A program made the translations under genes and the position numbers. The notes beneath the pieces were generated by a model, which was not told where the DNA came from, ran no database searches, and was given only the letters and a program-made list of their open reading frames with translations. Positions 29,717-43,607 of a stretch of 64,000 nt of DNA are shown one piece after another; the first letter of the stretch is position 1; every line of letters starts with the position of its first letter. The stretch comes from Heptranchias perlo (taxonomy: Eukaryota): NCBI RefSeq assembly GCF_035084215.1, contig NW_027139442.1:10478001-10542000 (forward strand), in the 5' to 3' direction.

Positions 29717-30002
29717 CTGAATTCAGAAACACCAAGACTGGAATCAAATTTGATGATGTTCAGAGGGATCGTGTTTCCAAAACACAAACGGGTCTAATTT
29801 ATATTTAAAAAATATTTTAAATATTCATTTATTTCCCCCATAACGTTGAATTTAACTTTGTTCCTTTGTATTATTATTTCTCCTGATCTGTACAGTGGAT
29901 ACAGGACACAATTGCCCGGATTCAGTGAAATTAATTGATTTCCTGAAGTTTTTCCCTCTGCAGATTCCAGTTCCTTATTTAAATTATGTCGGATTAACCT
30001 TT

Positions 30003-30100
30003 CTGATCTATAGAAGGGTCATTGACGTGAACCGTTAACCCGAGCTTCCCTTCTCCACAGATGCTGCCGGACCTGCTGGGTCTTTCCAGCATTTTCGGTT
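30003..30100 (+). mobile_element. Relic of a second short Penelope-type repeat with a decayed hammerhead core
   Basis: ctga(tctata)gaagggtcattgacgtgaaccgttaac...cacagatgctgccggacctgctg. Paralog at 56550-56645. Confidence 0.5.
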
Positions 30101-30469
30101 TCAATTTTTTCTATGTTTTATCCCTTTCACTTTTGACGGTCATTGGAACTACCAGATTTGCGCTCAGTTTTTATTTGTGTTTCAGTTCGGTTTATTTGAA
30201 TTAATATAAATCGTGTCCTGAGAAATCAGACAGAAATATTGAGCAATGTAGAGTGAAATATAATGGGGCAACTTTCGAATAAGCAAAGCAAGAACATTAT
30301 TATGAATCAATTGTCTTCATTTTCACTGACAAAATATGAAAAAATACGAGAGCAGAAGTTACAGAGAGAAACTATTTCCTCCCATTGCACATTGTCCTGA
30401 ATCTGGATCAACGACAGATGATGTGAATTTGTTCCACTCTGTTACAGTTCTCCCTTACAGCCAGTAGAT

Positions 30470-32350
30470 GTCAGACTGTATGTGAGTTTGGGATTCATTC
30501 TCTGTCAGTTTCTGGGACTGTATGTGAGTGTGAGATTCATTCTGTGTCTGTCAGTCTCTGGTACTGTGTGTGTGTATGTGTGTGTGTGGGATTTATTCTT
30601 TATCTGTCAGTCTCTGGTGCTTTATGTGAATGTAGGATTCATTCTGTTCTTGTCAGTCTCTGGTACTGCGTGTGAGTGTGGGATTCATTGTGTAACTCCG
30701 TCTCTGGGACAAAGTGCAAGTCTGGATTCGTTCTGTATTCTTATTTCATGTTACAGTATATTGCTTGAAACTGTATGTTTAATTCATTAATGTATGCACA
30801 ATCTTTTGTCTAGCATTAATTTGTAATTATGGATACACTTTTGGATTTTGTTTTAATCAAACAACGTGTGTGAGTTTTGGTGTAGGATTACACTTTAATC
30901 TCTGAAGACTATTGTAAATGATAATTTACCTTTCATCTTTTACTGTGAAATTATTGGACTGGTATTTCTTGTGCAGCTCAGTCTGCGCTAATGGAATTGA
31001 TACTGTATCTTTCAGTCTGATTCTGTGTAATATATTTAGATTAGTCTGTAAGGTGTAGCTCAGTCAGCTATAATGGAATTGATACAGTAACAGACTTAAA
31101 GATGAAGTATGAGGTTTTTGAACTGGTATGGAATGTGTAGCTCAGTCTGTACAAATCAAATTGATACTGGGGCTCAATCAGCTATAATAAGAATGATACT
31201 GTATCTTTCAGTCCGATACCGTGTGAGGTTTTTGGACCGGTATGTAATGTGTCGCTTAGTCTGCACTAATGGAATTGATGCTGTACCTTTTAGTCTGCTA
31301 CTGTGTAATATATTTAGACTGGTGTGTAAGGTGTAGCTCAGTCTGCACAAATGGGATTGATACTGTATCTTTCAGCATGGCCAAGAATGTGATTTTTGGA
31401 CTGGTAGGTAATGTGTAGCTCAGTCTGACACTGTATGAGATTTATGGGTTGTTTGTAATTTGTAGCTCATTCAGCATTGATGGAATTGATACGTTTTCTG
31501 TCAATCTGACACTGTGATTTTTTTTGTTCTAGTATGCAATGTGTGGTTCAGTCAACACTAATGAAATTGATGCTGTACATTTCAGCATGAGCTTGAAGTG
31601 ATTTTTGGACTGATATGTAATGTGTAGTTCAGTCTGTACGAATGGAATTGACACTCTAGCTTTCAGTCAGACACTGAGAGAGATTTTTGGACTGGTTTGT
31701 AATGTGTGGCTTAGTCCACACTAATAGGATTCATACTGTATATTTCAGTACGACACTGCATGCGAATTTTGGACTATATATAATGTGTAGCTCAGTCTGC
31801 AATAATGGAATTGATACTGTATCTTTCAGTCTGATGCTGCGGAATATATTTAGACTGGTGTGTAATGTGTAACTCATTCTGCACTAATGGGATTGATACT
31901 GCATCATTCGGCATGACCCTGAATCTGTTTTTTGAACTGGTATATAATGTGTAGCTCAGTCTGCTGTAATGGAATTCATACTGTGCCTTTCAGTTTGACC
32001 CTGAATGTGATTTTTGGACGGGTATATAATGTGTAGCTCAATCTGCACTAATGGGATGATGCTGCATTTTTCAGTCCCATACTGTGAGAGATTTTTGTAC
32101 TGGTATGTAATGTGTACGTCAGTCTGTACTAATCAAATCAATACTATATCTTTCAGTTTTATACTGTATGAGAATTTTGGACTGGTATCTAACGTGTACC
32201 TCAATCTGCAGTAAAGGAATTAAAACTGTACATTTCATTCTGACAACATGAGGTTTTTGAACATATATGTGAGTCAAATATGGGTAACATCTGAATTGGT
32301 ATCTAATTTGTATCTCAGGGTGCACTATTGGCATGAATACTGCACCTTTA
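30470..32350 (-). repeat. Satellite block: 46-bp monomers, then an array of about 82-bp units
   Basis: 82-bp unit gactggtatgtaatgtgtagctcagtctgcactaatggaattgatactgtatctttcagtctgatactgtatgagatttttg. Confidence 0.9.
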
Positions 32351-34024
32351 AACTCAAAATGTGTGTGAATTGAGGGCTGGTATTTAATTTTAATCTTGGA
32401 GTACACTATTGTTATTCACTCTGTATCTATCAATCAGTACCATGTGTCAGTTCTATCTGGTATTTAATTTGTAGCTAAGGCTGAAATAATGTGAGAATTG
32501 AAACAGTGCCTTTCAATCTGAAACTGGGTGTGATTTTGGACTGGGAATTATTTATTTGCCTGTCAGCGGTACTGAGTCATTGTGAAATAGAAATTCCGTC
32601 TGTCTCTCCTGCTCTGTTTGACTGTTGGATTGGGATCAGTGTGGTATTGACCATTTCTGCTATCTGAGAATGTGGAACTGATGACCTGTCTGTGTCTGTA
32701 TGCTCTGAGTGTTAATGTACATACTGTGTGTGAGAAGGAGCTGGCTGCACTGACTGCTCCTTGTGCCTCGGGTGGAGTAAACATCACACTGATTCTGGGT
32801 CCTTCAACGAATTGACTGATGGAAAAAAAAACTGTCTCTTTTAACTCAAGAACAGGTGAGGTAGAAAAAACCAAAAGTGATCAATTGAATCTCTCTGTTA
32901 ATAATCATTGTAATATCCACAAAGGAAAAACAGCGATACAAACAGTGTCAGTGTCTGATTCCACTGCAGTACTGCAGCACTCAGCTTCTGCACACCAGGT
33001 GTGTTGGGCAATATTACAATTTAGTGACATCCAGACACAACCCAACCCCTGCACTGATCCATGAATGGGTCTACCCGATTGGGCAGGGACCTTTGTACAT
33101 ATCAGATTTCCACTCCCCTTTCTCATGGGACTAACCGTTCAACCGAAACAAAACAGCCGCTGTTTAAAATGTGACCTTCACACTTCTCACCTGATGCCTG
33201 CAATAGATGCTCTTTGTATAACTCCCCATATCCTTACTGTCCGGCTCTGTTTACTGTTCAATAACAAACACTAAAGGTTAATGGGCAGGTTTAAAAAATC
33301 AGATTTTGTACCTGCCACCAATCACAAACACGCTCACACTGCACATTGTCCGGTTTCAGCAATTTGTTCCGAACTGTTGCAGTTCTGCTTCCGGCCAGTA
33401 GATGTCCCCAAACCCCGGGTCATTGAAGTTTACAGATGAGAGAGGGACAGAAGATAAACTCATTCTTCACATTATATTGCACGAGTGGGATTTAGAAAAA
33501 ATGGAGACGAGCTGCAAGTACATTTTTTTTGGACCAAAAACTACTTGTAATGCTGTGTTAAATTCTTGTAATCGATTTAGGGCGTATAGTCAATATTGAG
33601 GAAGACTGGTACAAAATAAACTTGCAGAACGGCCGTGCAAATGGCCATTGAATTTCAATATAGAAAAGTGTGAGGTGGTGCATTTCGCTCGGGGGAATAA
33701 GGAGGCCACATACTGCATGGAAAATAAGAGTCTAAATGGGGTAGAGGTGCAATGTAAATCATCCTGAGATATCAGCGAGAAATACTTCGCAATGTAAAGC
33801 GAAATACAATGGGGTAAATTCACAACTATCGAATGAGTGAAACAAAAACTTTATTATGAATCAATTGTCTTCATTTTTCACCGTCAAAAAGTGCAAAAAT
33901 ACGAGAGTAAAAGTTGCAGACCGAAACTTCCATCACATTGCACATTATCCTGTTTCTCTGACCACGACAGATCATGTGAATTTGTTCCCTCATTACAGTA
34001 CTCGCTTACGGCCAGTAGATGTCA

Positions 34025-37000
34025 TCTCTAGCACTGTACATGAGAGTGGGGTTGATTCTGTCATTGTCAGTCTCTGGTACTGTGCGTGAGTTTGGGATTC
34101 ATTCAGTATCTGTCAATCTCTGGTACTGAGTGTGAGCATGGGGTATGTTCTGCATCTTTCAGTCTCAGGTACTATATATAAGTGATGGATTCATTCTGTA
34201 TCTGTCAGTCTCTGGTACTTTATGTGAGTGTGGGATTATTTCTGTATCTGTCATTTTCTGGTGCTGTATGTGAGTGTGGGATTCATTCTGTATCTGCCAT
34301 TCTCTGCTACTTTATCTCAGTGTGGGATTCATTCTGTCATTCAGTCTCTGAGACAATGTGCAAGTCTGGATTCATTCTGTATTCTTATTTCAGTTTACAG
34401 TATCGTATTTGAAACTGTATCTTTAATGCTTTAAATTATATATAGTTCTTCGTCGATTATTTACGTTGTTAATATGGATACATTTTTCGATTTTCTTTAT
34501 TCAAACAATGTGTGAGAGTTTTGGAGCAGTATTATATCTTAATCTCTGAACTGTATTGTGAATGATAATGTACGTTTCAATCTGTTCCCGGTGAAATTAT
34601 TGGACTGGTATGTAATGAGTAGCTCAGTCTGCAATAATGGGATTAATTCTGTATCTGAGTCTAACACGACATGTGATTTTTGGACACGATATGTGATATG
34701 TAGCTCATCCTGCACTAAACGAATTGATACTGTATCTATCAGTCTTATACTGTATGAAGTTTTTGGACTGGTGAGTAACATGTAGTTCAGTCTGTGCTAA
34801 TGGAATTGATATTATGTCTTTGAGTCTGATAAGGTATGAGATTCTTGGATTGCTATATAATGTGTGGCTCAGTCTGCACTAATGAAATCGATACTGTACC
34901 TTTCAGTCTAACATTGTATGAGATTGTTGGACTGTTATATAATGTTTAGCTCAGGCGGTGCTAAAAGAATTTAAACTATATCTTTCAGTCTGATCATTTA
35001 TGTGATTTTTGGACTCGTATGTAATGTGTAGCTCAGTCTGCACCAATGGTATTGATAATATTTATATCTGTATAATACTGAGTATTTACCAATATATCTA
35101 ATATGTAGCTCAGTCTGCACTAATTGAATTTATACTTTATCTTTCAATCTGATACTATGAGATCTTTGGACTGGTCTGTAAAGTGTAACTCAGTCAGCAG
35201 TAATGTGACTGTGACATTCATTCTGTATCCATCAGTCTCTGGTACTTTTTGAGTGAGAGATTCATTCTGTATCTGTCAGTCCCTGGTACTGTGCGCGAGT
35301 GAGATTCATTCTGTTCCGGATACTGTATGTGAGTGTAGGATTCATTCTATATCTGTCAGTCTCTGGTACTGAGTGTGAGCATGGGGTATATTCTGCATTT
35401 CTCAGTCTCAGGGGTATTACATATAAGTGATGGATTCATTCTGAATCTCTCAGTCTCTAGTGCTATCTGTGTGTGTGGGATTGATTCTGTATCTGCCATT
35501 CTCTGCTACTTTATCTCAGTGTGGGATTCATTCTGTAATTCAGTCTCTGAGACAATGTGCAAGTCTGGATTCATTCGGTGTTCTTATTTCAGTTTACAGT
35601 ATCGTTTTTGAAACTGTAGATTTAATACTTTAAATTATATACAGTTATTCATCGAGTATTTAATTTGTTAATATGGATGCACTTTTCAATTTTCTTTAAT
35701 CAAACAATGTGTGTGAGTTTTGGAGTAGTATTACATCTTAATCTATGAACTTTATTGTGAATGATAATGTACCTTTCAATCTGTTCCCGGTGAAATTATT
35801 GGACCCTTATGTAATGTTTAGTTTATTCTGCAATAATGGGATTAATTCTGTATCTCAGTCTAAACTGTATGAGATTTTTGGACTGGTGTGTAACATGTAG
35901 CTCTGTCTGTGCTAATGCAATTGATATTGTATCTTTGAGTCTGATAAGGTATGAGATTCTTGGACTGCTATATAATGTGTGGCTCAGTCTGCACTCATGA
36001 AATCGATACTACATCTTTTAGTCTAATATTTTATGGGATTTCCAGTCTGGTATGTAATGTACAGCTCAGGCAGTGCCAATAGAATTGAAACTCTATTTTC
36101 CAGTCTGATCATTTATGAGGTTTTTGGACTCGTATGTAATGTGTAGTTCAGTCTGTACCAATGGTATTGATACTGTTTATTTCAGTATAATACTCCATGA
36201 GTATTTACCAATATATCTAATATGTAGCTCAGTCTGCGCTAATAGAATTGATACTGCACCTTTAAATCTGACACTATGAGATTTTTGGACTGGTATGTAA
36301 TGTGTAACTAAGACAGCATTGATGGAATTGATGAGGTATCTTTCGATCTGCGACTGTGAGATTTTTGCTCTGGTACGTAATGTGTAACTCAGCCTGCACT
36401 AATGTAGGTGACTGTGAGATTCACTTTGTTACTCTCAGTCTCTGGTACTGACTGTGAGTGTGGGATTCATGCTGTAACTGTCACTCTCTGGTACTCTATT
36501 TGACTGTGGGATTCATTCTGCATATACATTCTCTAGTACTGTGTGTGGGTGTTGAATTATTTCCATATATCCAGTTTCTCATAATGTATGTTGGTGTGAG
36601 ATTCATACTGTATCTGTCAGTCTCTGGTACTGTGTGTGAGTGTGAGATTAATTCTGTATCTGCCAATCTCAGGTACTGCGTGTAAGTGTGGCATTCATTC
36701 TGTATCTCTCAGTCTCTGGCACTGTGTGTGAGTGTGGGATTCATTCTGTATCTGTCAGTCTCTGGTGCTGTGTGTGAGATTCATTCTGCATCTGCCAATC
36801 TCAGGTACTGTGTGTGAGTGTGGGATTCATTCTGTATCTGTCAGTCTCTGGTACTGTGTATGAGTGTGAGATTCATTCTGTATCTGCCAATCTCAGGTAC
36901 TGTGTGTGAGTGTGGGATTCAGTCTGTATCTGTCAGTCTCGAGTACTGTGTGTGAGTGTGAGATTCATTCTGTACTCTGTCAGACTGTGGTACTGTACGT

Positions 37001-37620
37001 GAGTGTGGTCTTCATTCTGTATCTGCCAATCTCAGGTACTGTGTTTGAATTTGGGATTTATTTTGTATCTCTCAGTCTCTAGTGCTTTATGAGAGTGTGG
37101 GATGGTTTTGCTATCTGTCAGTCCTTGGTACTGTATGTCAGTGTGTGATACATTCTGTATCTGACATCTCTCGCACCATACTTGAGTGTTGGATTCACTC
37201 TGTGTCTGGCAAACTCTAGTACTGTATGTGAGTGTGGGATTCATTCTGTGTTTGTGTGTCTCTGTACTGTATCTGAGTGTGAGATTCATTCTGTACTCTG
37301 TCAGACTGTGGTACTGTACGTGAGTGTGGTCTTCATTCTGTATCTGCCAATCTCAGGTACTGTGTTTGAGTTTGGGATTTATTTTGTATCTCTCAGTCTC
37401 TAGTGCTTTATGAGAGTGTGGGATGGTTTTGCTATCTGTCAGTCCTTGTACTGTATGTCAGTGTGTGATACATTCTGTATCTGACATCTCTAGCACCATA
37501 CTTGAGTGTTGGATTCACTCTGTGTCTGGCAAACTCTAGTACTGTATGTGAGTGTGGGATTCATTCTGTGTTTGTGTGTCTCTGTACTGTATCTGAGTGT
37601 GAGATTCATTCTGTATCTGT
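34025..37620 (-). repeat. Alternating 46-bp and 82-bp satellite block with a higher-order duplication of about 320 bp
   Basis: Same monomers as above. 36961-37280 is repeated at 37282-37600. Confidence 0.9.
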
Positions 37621-39049
37621 ATATAATTATTCTCTCAGGTTACATTATGGTGTTCAATACTGTAGCTTTACTATCTTAATGTTTAAACAGTTTTTCCCAG
37701 TATTTAATTGGTAAACATGGATACACTTTAGGATTTGATGCTGGAGGTTTTAATCAGAAGATTTGTGTTTTTTGGACTAGTATCATATCAGTATCTCTGT
37801 GAGTACTATTGTGAATGATAATATTTCTTTCAAACTGATATGGTGACATTTTTGAATTGGTATATAATGTGTCGATCAGCCTGCAGTAAAGGAATTGATA
37901 CTGTATCTTTAAATCTCATGCTATGAGTATATTATAAACTGGTATCTAATTTGTTTCTCAGGTTACACTGTCACAGCATTTCTCAATCTGATATTGTACA
38001 TGATTTTTGGACTTGCAATTTGTATTCGAATGGTACACTATTCGAATGGATACTGCATGTATTAAACTCCCGTGTGGGTGTGAGGGTTCTGGGCTAGTAT
38101 TCAATTGGAATCTCGGGGTATCTGATTTTTAATTCATGGCGAATGCTGCACTTCTTGGAAATTGACAATCTGATAGTGTGATCTTGGACTGGGATTTTTG
38201 TATCTTCCTGTCAGCGGGACTGAGTTCGGGTGCAATGGAACAGCGTCTGCCTCACCTGCTCTGTTTGACTGTTGGATTGAAAATGTGTCTCTGGAACTTG
38301 GGATCAGTGTGGAACTGACTACTTCTGCTGTCTGAGAATGTGGAACTGATGACCTGTCTGTGTCTCTGTGCTCTGAGAGTGATAATATACCTACTGTGTG
38401 AGAGAAGGAGTTGGCTGCACTGTTCCTTTGTCTCGGGGGGAGGAAACTTCACATTCATTCTGGATCATTCTCGGATTTGCCTGTAGAAAGAAAATTATCT
38501 ATTGTTACTCAATAACAGGTGAGGTAGAAAATACAAAAGTGATCAGTTTAATAGCTCTGTTAATAATTATTTTGTGCTTCGACAAATGAAAACCAGTGTC
38601 TGACTCGACTGCAGTACTGCAGCACTCAGCTTCAGCATACCAGGTGTGTTAGGCTGTTTTAGAACAATTTAGTGACATCCAGACAAAATGCAACCCCTGC
38701 ACTGATCCATGAATGGGACTACCCTATGGGGCAGGGCCCTTTGTACAGGTCGGGCTTCTAATCCCCTCTCCCATGGGACTAACCGTTCAACAGAAAGCAA
38801 AGAGCCGCTGTTTGAAATGTGTCCTTCACACTTCTCACCTGGTGCTTTCAATAGATGCTGTTTGCATAACTCCCCACATCCTTACTGTCCGGCTCTGTTT
38901 CCACTCTTCACTGTCCAATAACAATAAACAGGGTGAGATAGGAACTAAACCAGGACCATTCACTACTGGTTTGGGGAGAGAAAACAGCAATGATTTTAAA
39001 TAGCACGTTCTTCCCATTCTCTCTCCCTTCCCCTGGACACACCCTGTAC

Positions 39050-39415
39050 ACACACAGCCCGAGAATGACCTCTCCCTTCCCCCGCTCACTCCATGTTCCG
39101 GGACCAGTTCCTGATCCACTCCGCCTCTTACAAACAGACCCCTGACTCCCCGGCCCTTACCCTGGACTCAATGCCGATCTCTGAGCCCATCTTCGGACAC
39201 GGTCCCGAAGCGATGAGCTGCTGTAACGAGGCTGCTCTTTGCTCCCTTCCCCCGGGGGCCGTGATCTCTCCATTCCCGGCTGTTTTGAACCATCTTCTTC
39301 CGCTCACTGAGTGAATGGCGCCCACAGGCCGAGCTGGGGGAGGGGAGCGCGCATGCGCTCTTCTGCTCACCAACAATCTGCGTTGGGGGCGGGGCTGATT
39401 CACGCATGCGCAGAA
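39050..39415. promoter_or_regulatory. Inverted paralog of the NRF1-motif GC-rich island
   Basis: gcgcgcatgcgc at 39347 and cgcatgcgca at 39403. Reverse-complement match to 12370-12740. Confidence 0.5.
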
Positions 39416-41046
39416 ATCTGGTTTAATTCCCAATACAAAAATCGATGGAAACTTTCCCCAATTCGAATTTTTCAGAGTCTGAGCAAATCCGAGAAGGATC
39501 CAGAATGAATGTGAAGTTTCCTCCCCCCGAGACAAAGGAACAGTGCAGCCAACTCCTTCTCACACACAGTATGTGTATTATCACTCTCAGAAAGGTCAGA
39601 GGGAATGGGGTCCACAGGCAGTGCAGGAACAGGCACCAGAATGGAAAACAGATGGGATTCCACCAGTGCCTAACGCTGGAATCCAGACTGACTTTACAAT
39701 CTCTCACTATTAAACTCGATGTTTCTATCCCTGCTGTTTCTCTCGGTATCTTTTGATGGTAAAAGGCCTTTTATAGATAAAATGGGCGGCTGTGAAATGA
39801 GCCAATGGGTTCTGTTCATTCTTGGCTCCCTGACTGATAAAGCAACGCGTGACTCCGAAACTGGAGGGAGGATTTCTCAAACCAATCCTGGAGAAACAGC
39901 GGAGGAAAGTGGGAGTCCGTATGTTTGCTGCGACCGTGTGGGATTAACATCTGACAGCAACAGTCCCAGATTATTTCAATCGGAATGAAACTCTCGGTCA
40001 CTGAGAGAAATACTGAATGGGCCTGAGCTGCAAGATTACAAAGGGTGAAACATGCAAGAGAGGGTTAAATGTGTGACACTGTCCCTGAGAATGGGATTAA
40101 TAATGTGTCTGTCTCTGAAATAATTTTAGTGAGAGATGAGACTGCATCTTCTGTCACTCCACCTTGGAATAGCAATTGGAATGGAATATTTTTTCCAATT
40201 TGTTACTGGGTGAAAACTGGACATTCCAGGTCAGTTTCTCTCTCTCTCTTTTGCACAGCATATGAATGTGGGATACTGTTACTGAGTGTGAAACGGACAA
40301 ACTGAGAGGAAGTGTGAGACTGATGCATTGTCTGTGTGTGTGTCTCTGTCTGTCTGTTTATCTGTCGGTCTGTCTTTCTCTCTCTCCAGCGCTGTAAATG
40401 AAAGCGAAATACTGTTACTGAGCTTAATATCGACACCCTGGTGGAAGGTAAAGACTGATTCAGTGTTTGTGAACAGACCTCCGGTGCTGTTGGTGAGACG
40501 GTTACTGTCCCTTCTATTATGTATGAGCCGGATTGACGGTGCATTTATCAGTCTCCAGTCCAATAAGGAAAGGTGGGGAGAAACAGACTGGAACGGCCTG
40601 ACACTGGACTGCCTGTTAGTGTTGAATTTATTCTGTAACTAGCCGTCTCTGGGTGTTGAGAATGGGACGGATAGAACACCAGTTACTATTGTCTGTCAGG
40701 CAGTTCAGGAGGAGAGAGAAACACAGAGAGACTGGAAGAGCCCAGAGCGGAAAATTTGTATTATCGTCTTAACCAAACATATTTCTGTGTACGAAAGTAT
40801 AATATTTTAAAACCAGATGTGAATTATCACACCAACAGCTGTGATTGGCTCCTGCCCCTGAATCTGGGGACCAGACACTGTGAGGAGCGCCTGCCTCAGA
40901 GTGTTTAACAGTTACTGAGCTGGGAAACTACAACTAACACCCGAGAATCTACAGCACAGGCCGAGCGGGGAGGAAAGCCTGTCCCGGGAATTGTCAATCT
41001 GGCGACCAGTTTGACCTGTGAATGTGAAGATGTGAACATTGTGTCA

Positions 41047-41242
41047 TGATGTGGAGATGCCGGTGATGGACTGGGGTTGACAATTGTAAACAATTTTACA
41101 ACACCAAGTTATAGTCCAGCAATTTTATTTTAAATTCACAAGCTTTCGGAGGCTTTACCTGACGAAGGAGGAAGCCTCCGAAAGCTTGTGAATTTAAAAT
41201 AAAATTGCTGGACTATAACTTGGTGTTGTAAAATTGTTTATA
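41047..41242. mobile_element. Penelope-like insertion: tail plus partial repeat (minus) joined to an inverted repeat (plus), with a 12-bp TSD
   Basis: TSD aacattgtgtca at 41035-41046 and 41243-41254. Inverted 69-bp arms at 41087-41155 and 41172-41240. Confidence 0.9.
41154..41192 (+). ncRNA. Minimal type-I hammerhead ribozyme motif
   Basis: UUUAC-CUGACGA-A-GGAGG-AAG-CCUCC-GAAA-GCUU-GUGAA. Confidence 0.8.
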
Positions 41243-41965
41243 AACATTGTGTCAGAGAGAGTGTGTTAAAGGGGCGGGCGGGTTAGATTAATGTCACTGT
41301 GTTTGTGTGGCCGGTCACATCGCCGTATTTCCGGGTCGCTTTTCAGTAAAATTTTTAAAAATCCCTTTCAAAGGATCGCCCTTTCAAAGGATCGCCCTCT
41401 TCCCCTGCCGAGCTCCGAAGTGAAAAATTAAGGTAAGGTTTGAGTTCAATTCAAGATTTCAGACGAAAAACGGAGATCGTGTCAGCGATCGGGTGAGAGA
41501 GCGCGATCAGTGCAGCAATGAAACGGGTTTAAATCGAAACTGGTGCTTTCAATTCCGGTGAAAGTTTTTCGACAGCAAACATTCCGGTGTTAGATATAGG
41601 AAGGGGCGAGTCTGGGAATAGCCACTTCCCATATCCTTGAATATGAAGCCCGAGTCTGTAAGGGTTTGTGCGGAGCGCTGTGTTTCGGTTCAGTTATCGA
41701 TAAACGGTTTGAAATTGGCGGGTGGAGAAAGCTGGAGGTGGAGTTGGAAGATCAGAGGCCGCTCTCTGCTCTGTCCGTTACTCTGACTCTCTCCTCCCCT
41801 CTCTGTTTAATATCTCACTCTGTCTCCTCCACTCTCTGTTTAATGTCTCACTTTGTCTCCTCCCCTCCCTCTATCATCCTGTGAATGTTTCAGTCAGGTC
41901 GGGACAGGCTGCATAAAAAGGGAACCAGCATAAGTTCGCTGTTCATTCAGCAGCGATCTGAGTGA

Positions 41966-42286
<321 letters not shown>

Positions 42287-42321
42287 ACAACTGGACCCTT
42301 TCTAACCGAACACAAAACAAA

Positions 42322-42337
42322 GGCTCTTCTAAGAGCC
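42322..42337 (+). terminator. Histone 3' stem-loop (H4)
   Basis: ggctcttctaagagcc-accca, then the HDE-like gagagagc. Confidence 0.95.
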
Positions 42338-43018
42338 ACCCACCGCCTCACAGAGAGAGCACTGACCTGGGAACGGGGAGAGGAAAGATTTAGGAGTGGG
42401 GAAGCAGTTTCCGATATTTAATTACGATGGGGAGATTCCCCAACATTCAGTCAAGGGAGATCAGCCATCCCGAGAGAAAGCGGAATTCCCGGTATAAATG
42501 AACAGGTGGTGATACAGAGTTTTTCCGCAGACATTACATTCTCCGTTCAGAGTAAAATCCCGCCTCACAACCTCTCCCGCTGTGTCCTCTCTGCTCGGTG
42601 TTTCATTCAATTATCAGGTCGATGTGAAGTTTCTGTTTGAGGAGCGGTTCACCGGGCTGGAACTAGCGGGATTTTTGAAATTGATGCTGGACTTTGTCCC
42701 GTTCAGGAAAACAATGACCGGGGCTTAATTCCCGCCCGTTTACAGGCAGATCAGAGAATGAACCGGAATGTGAAACAGCTTGAGATTTGAGCTGAGGAGT
42801 TGGAAATAATGGAGATTATACAGAGAGGGATTCTTAAATTGCTTGAGGGAAATGAGATTTTCTTGAAACTGTTATTTGATGACCTGAAATTGGCGGGCAT
42901 TTTGAAATTCATGTTTAGTTTCAGCTCAGCCAATTGGGCACAATACCTCCCGCCGTTTCGGTCTGACAGAGCTCGGTTCAAATCTACCAATCACAGTCCC
43001 GGGGCGGTCCCTCCCTGA

Positions 43019-43558
<540 letters not shown>

Positions 43559-43591
43559 ACCCGACCCGGCTTCAGCACCAAGTTCAACAAA

Positions 43592-43607
43592 GGCTCTTTT
43601 CAGAGCC
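43592..43607 (+). terminator. Histone 3' stem-loop (H3)
   Basis: ggctcttttcagagcc, then gaaagagctg at 43623. Confidence 0.95.

Noticed and set aside
41047-41242. MITE or miRNA interpretation of the hairpin
   Set aside because: The inverted arms are not terminal on the left, where a 40-bp tail extends beyond them, and the same sequence occurs unpaired elsewhere with different TSD lengths. This fits a retroelement inversion.
41363-41398. 16-bp tandem duplication ccctttcaaaggatcg
   Set aside because: A simple slippage duplication with no further support for function.
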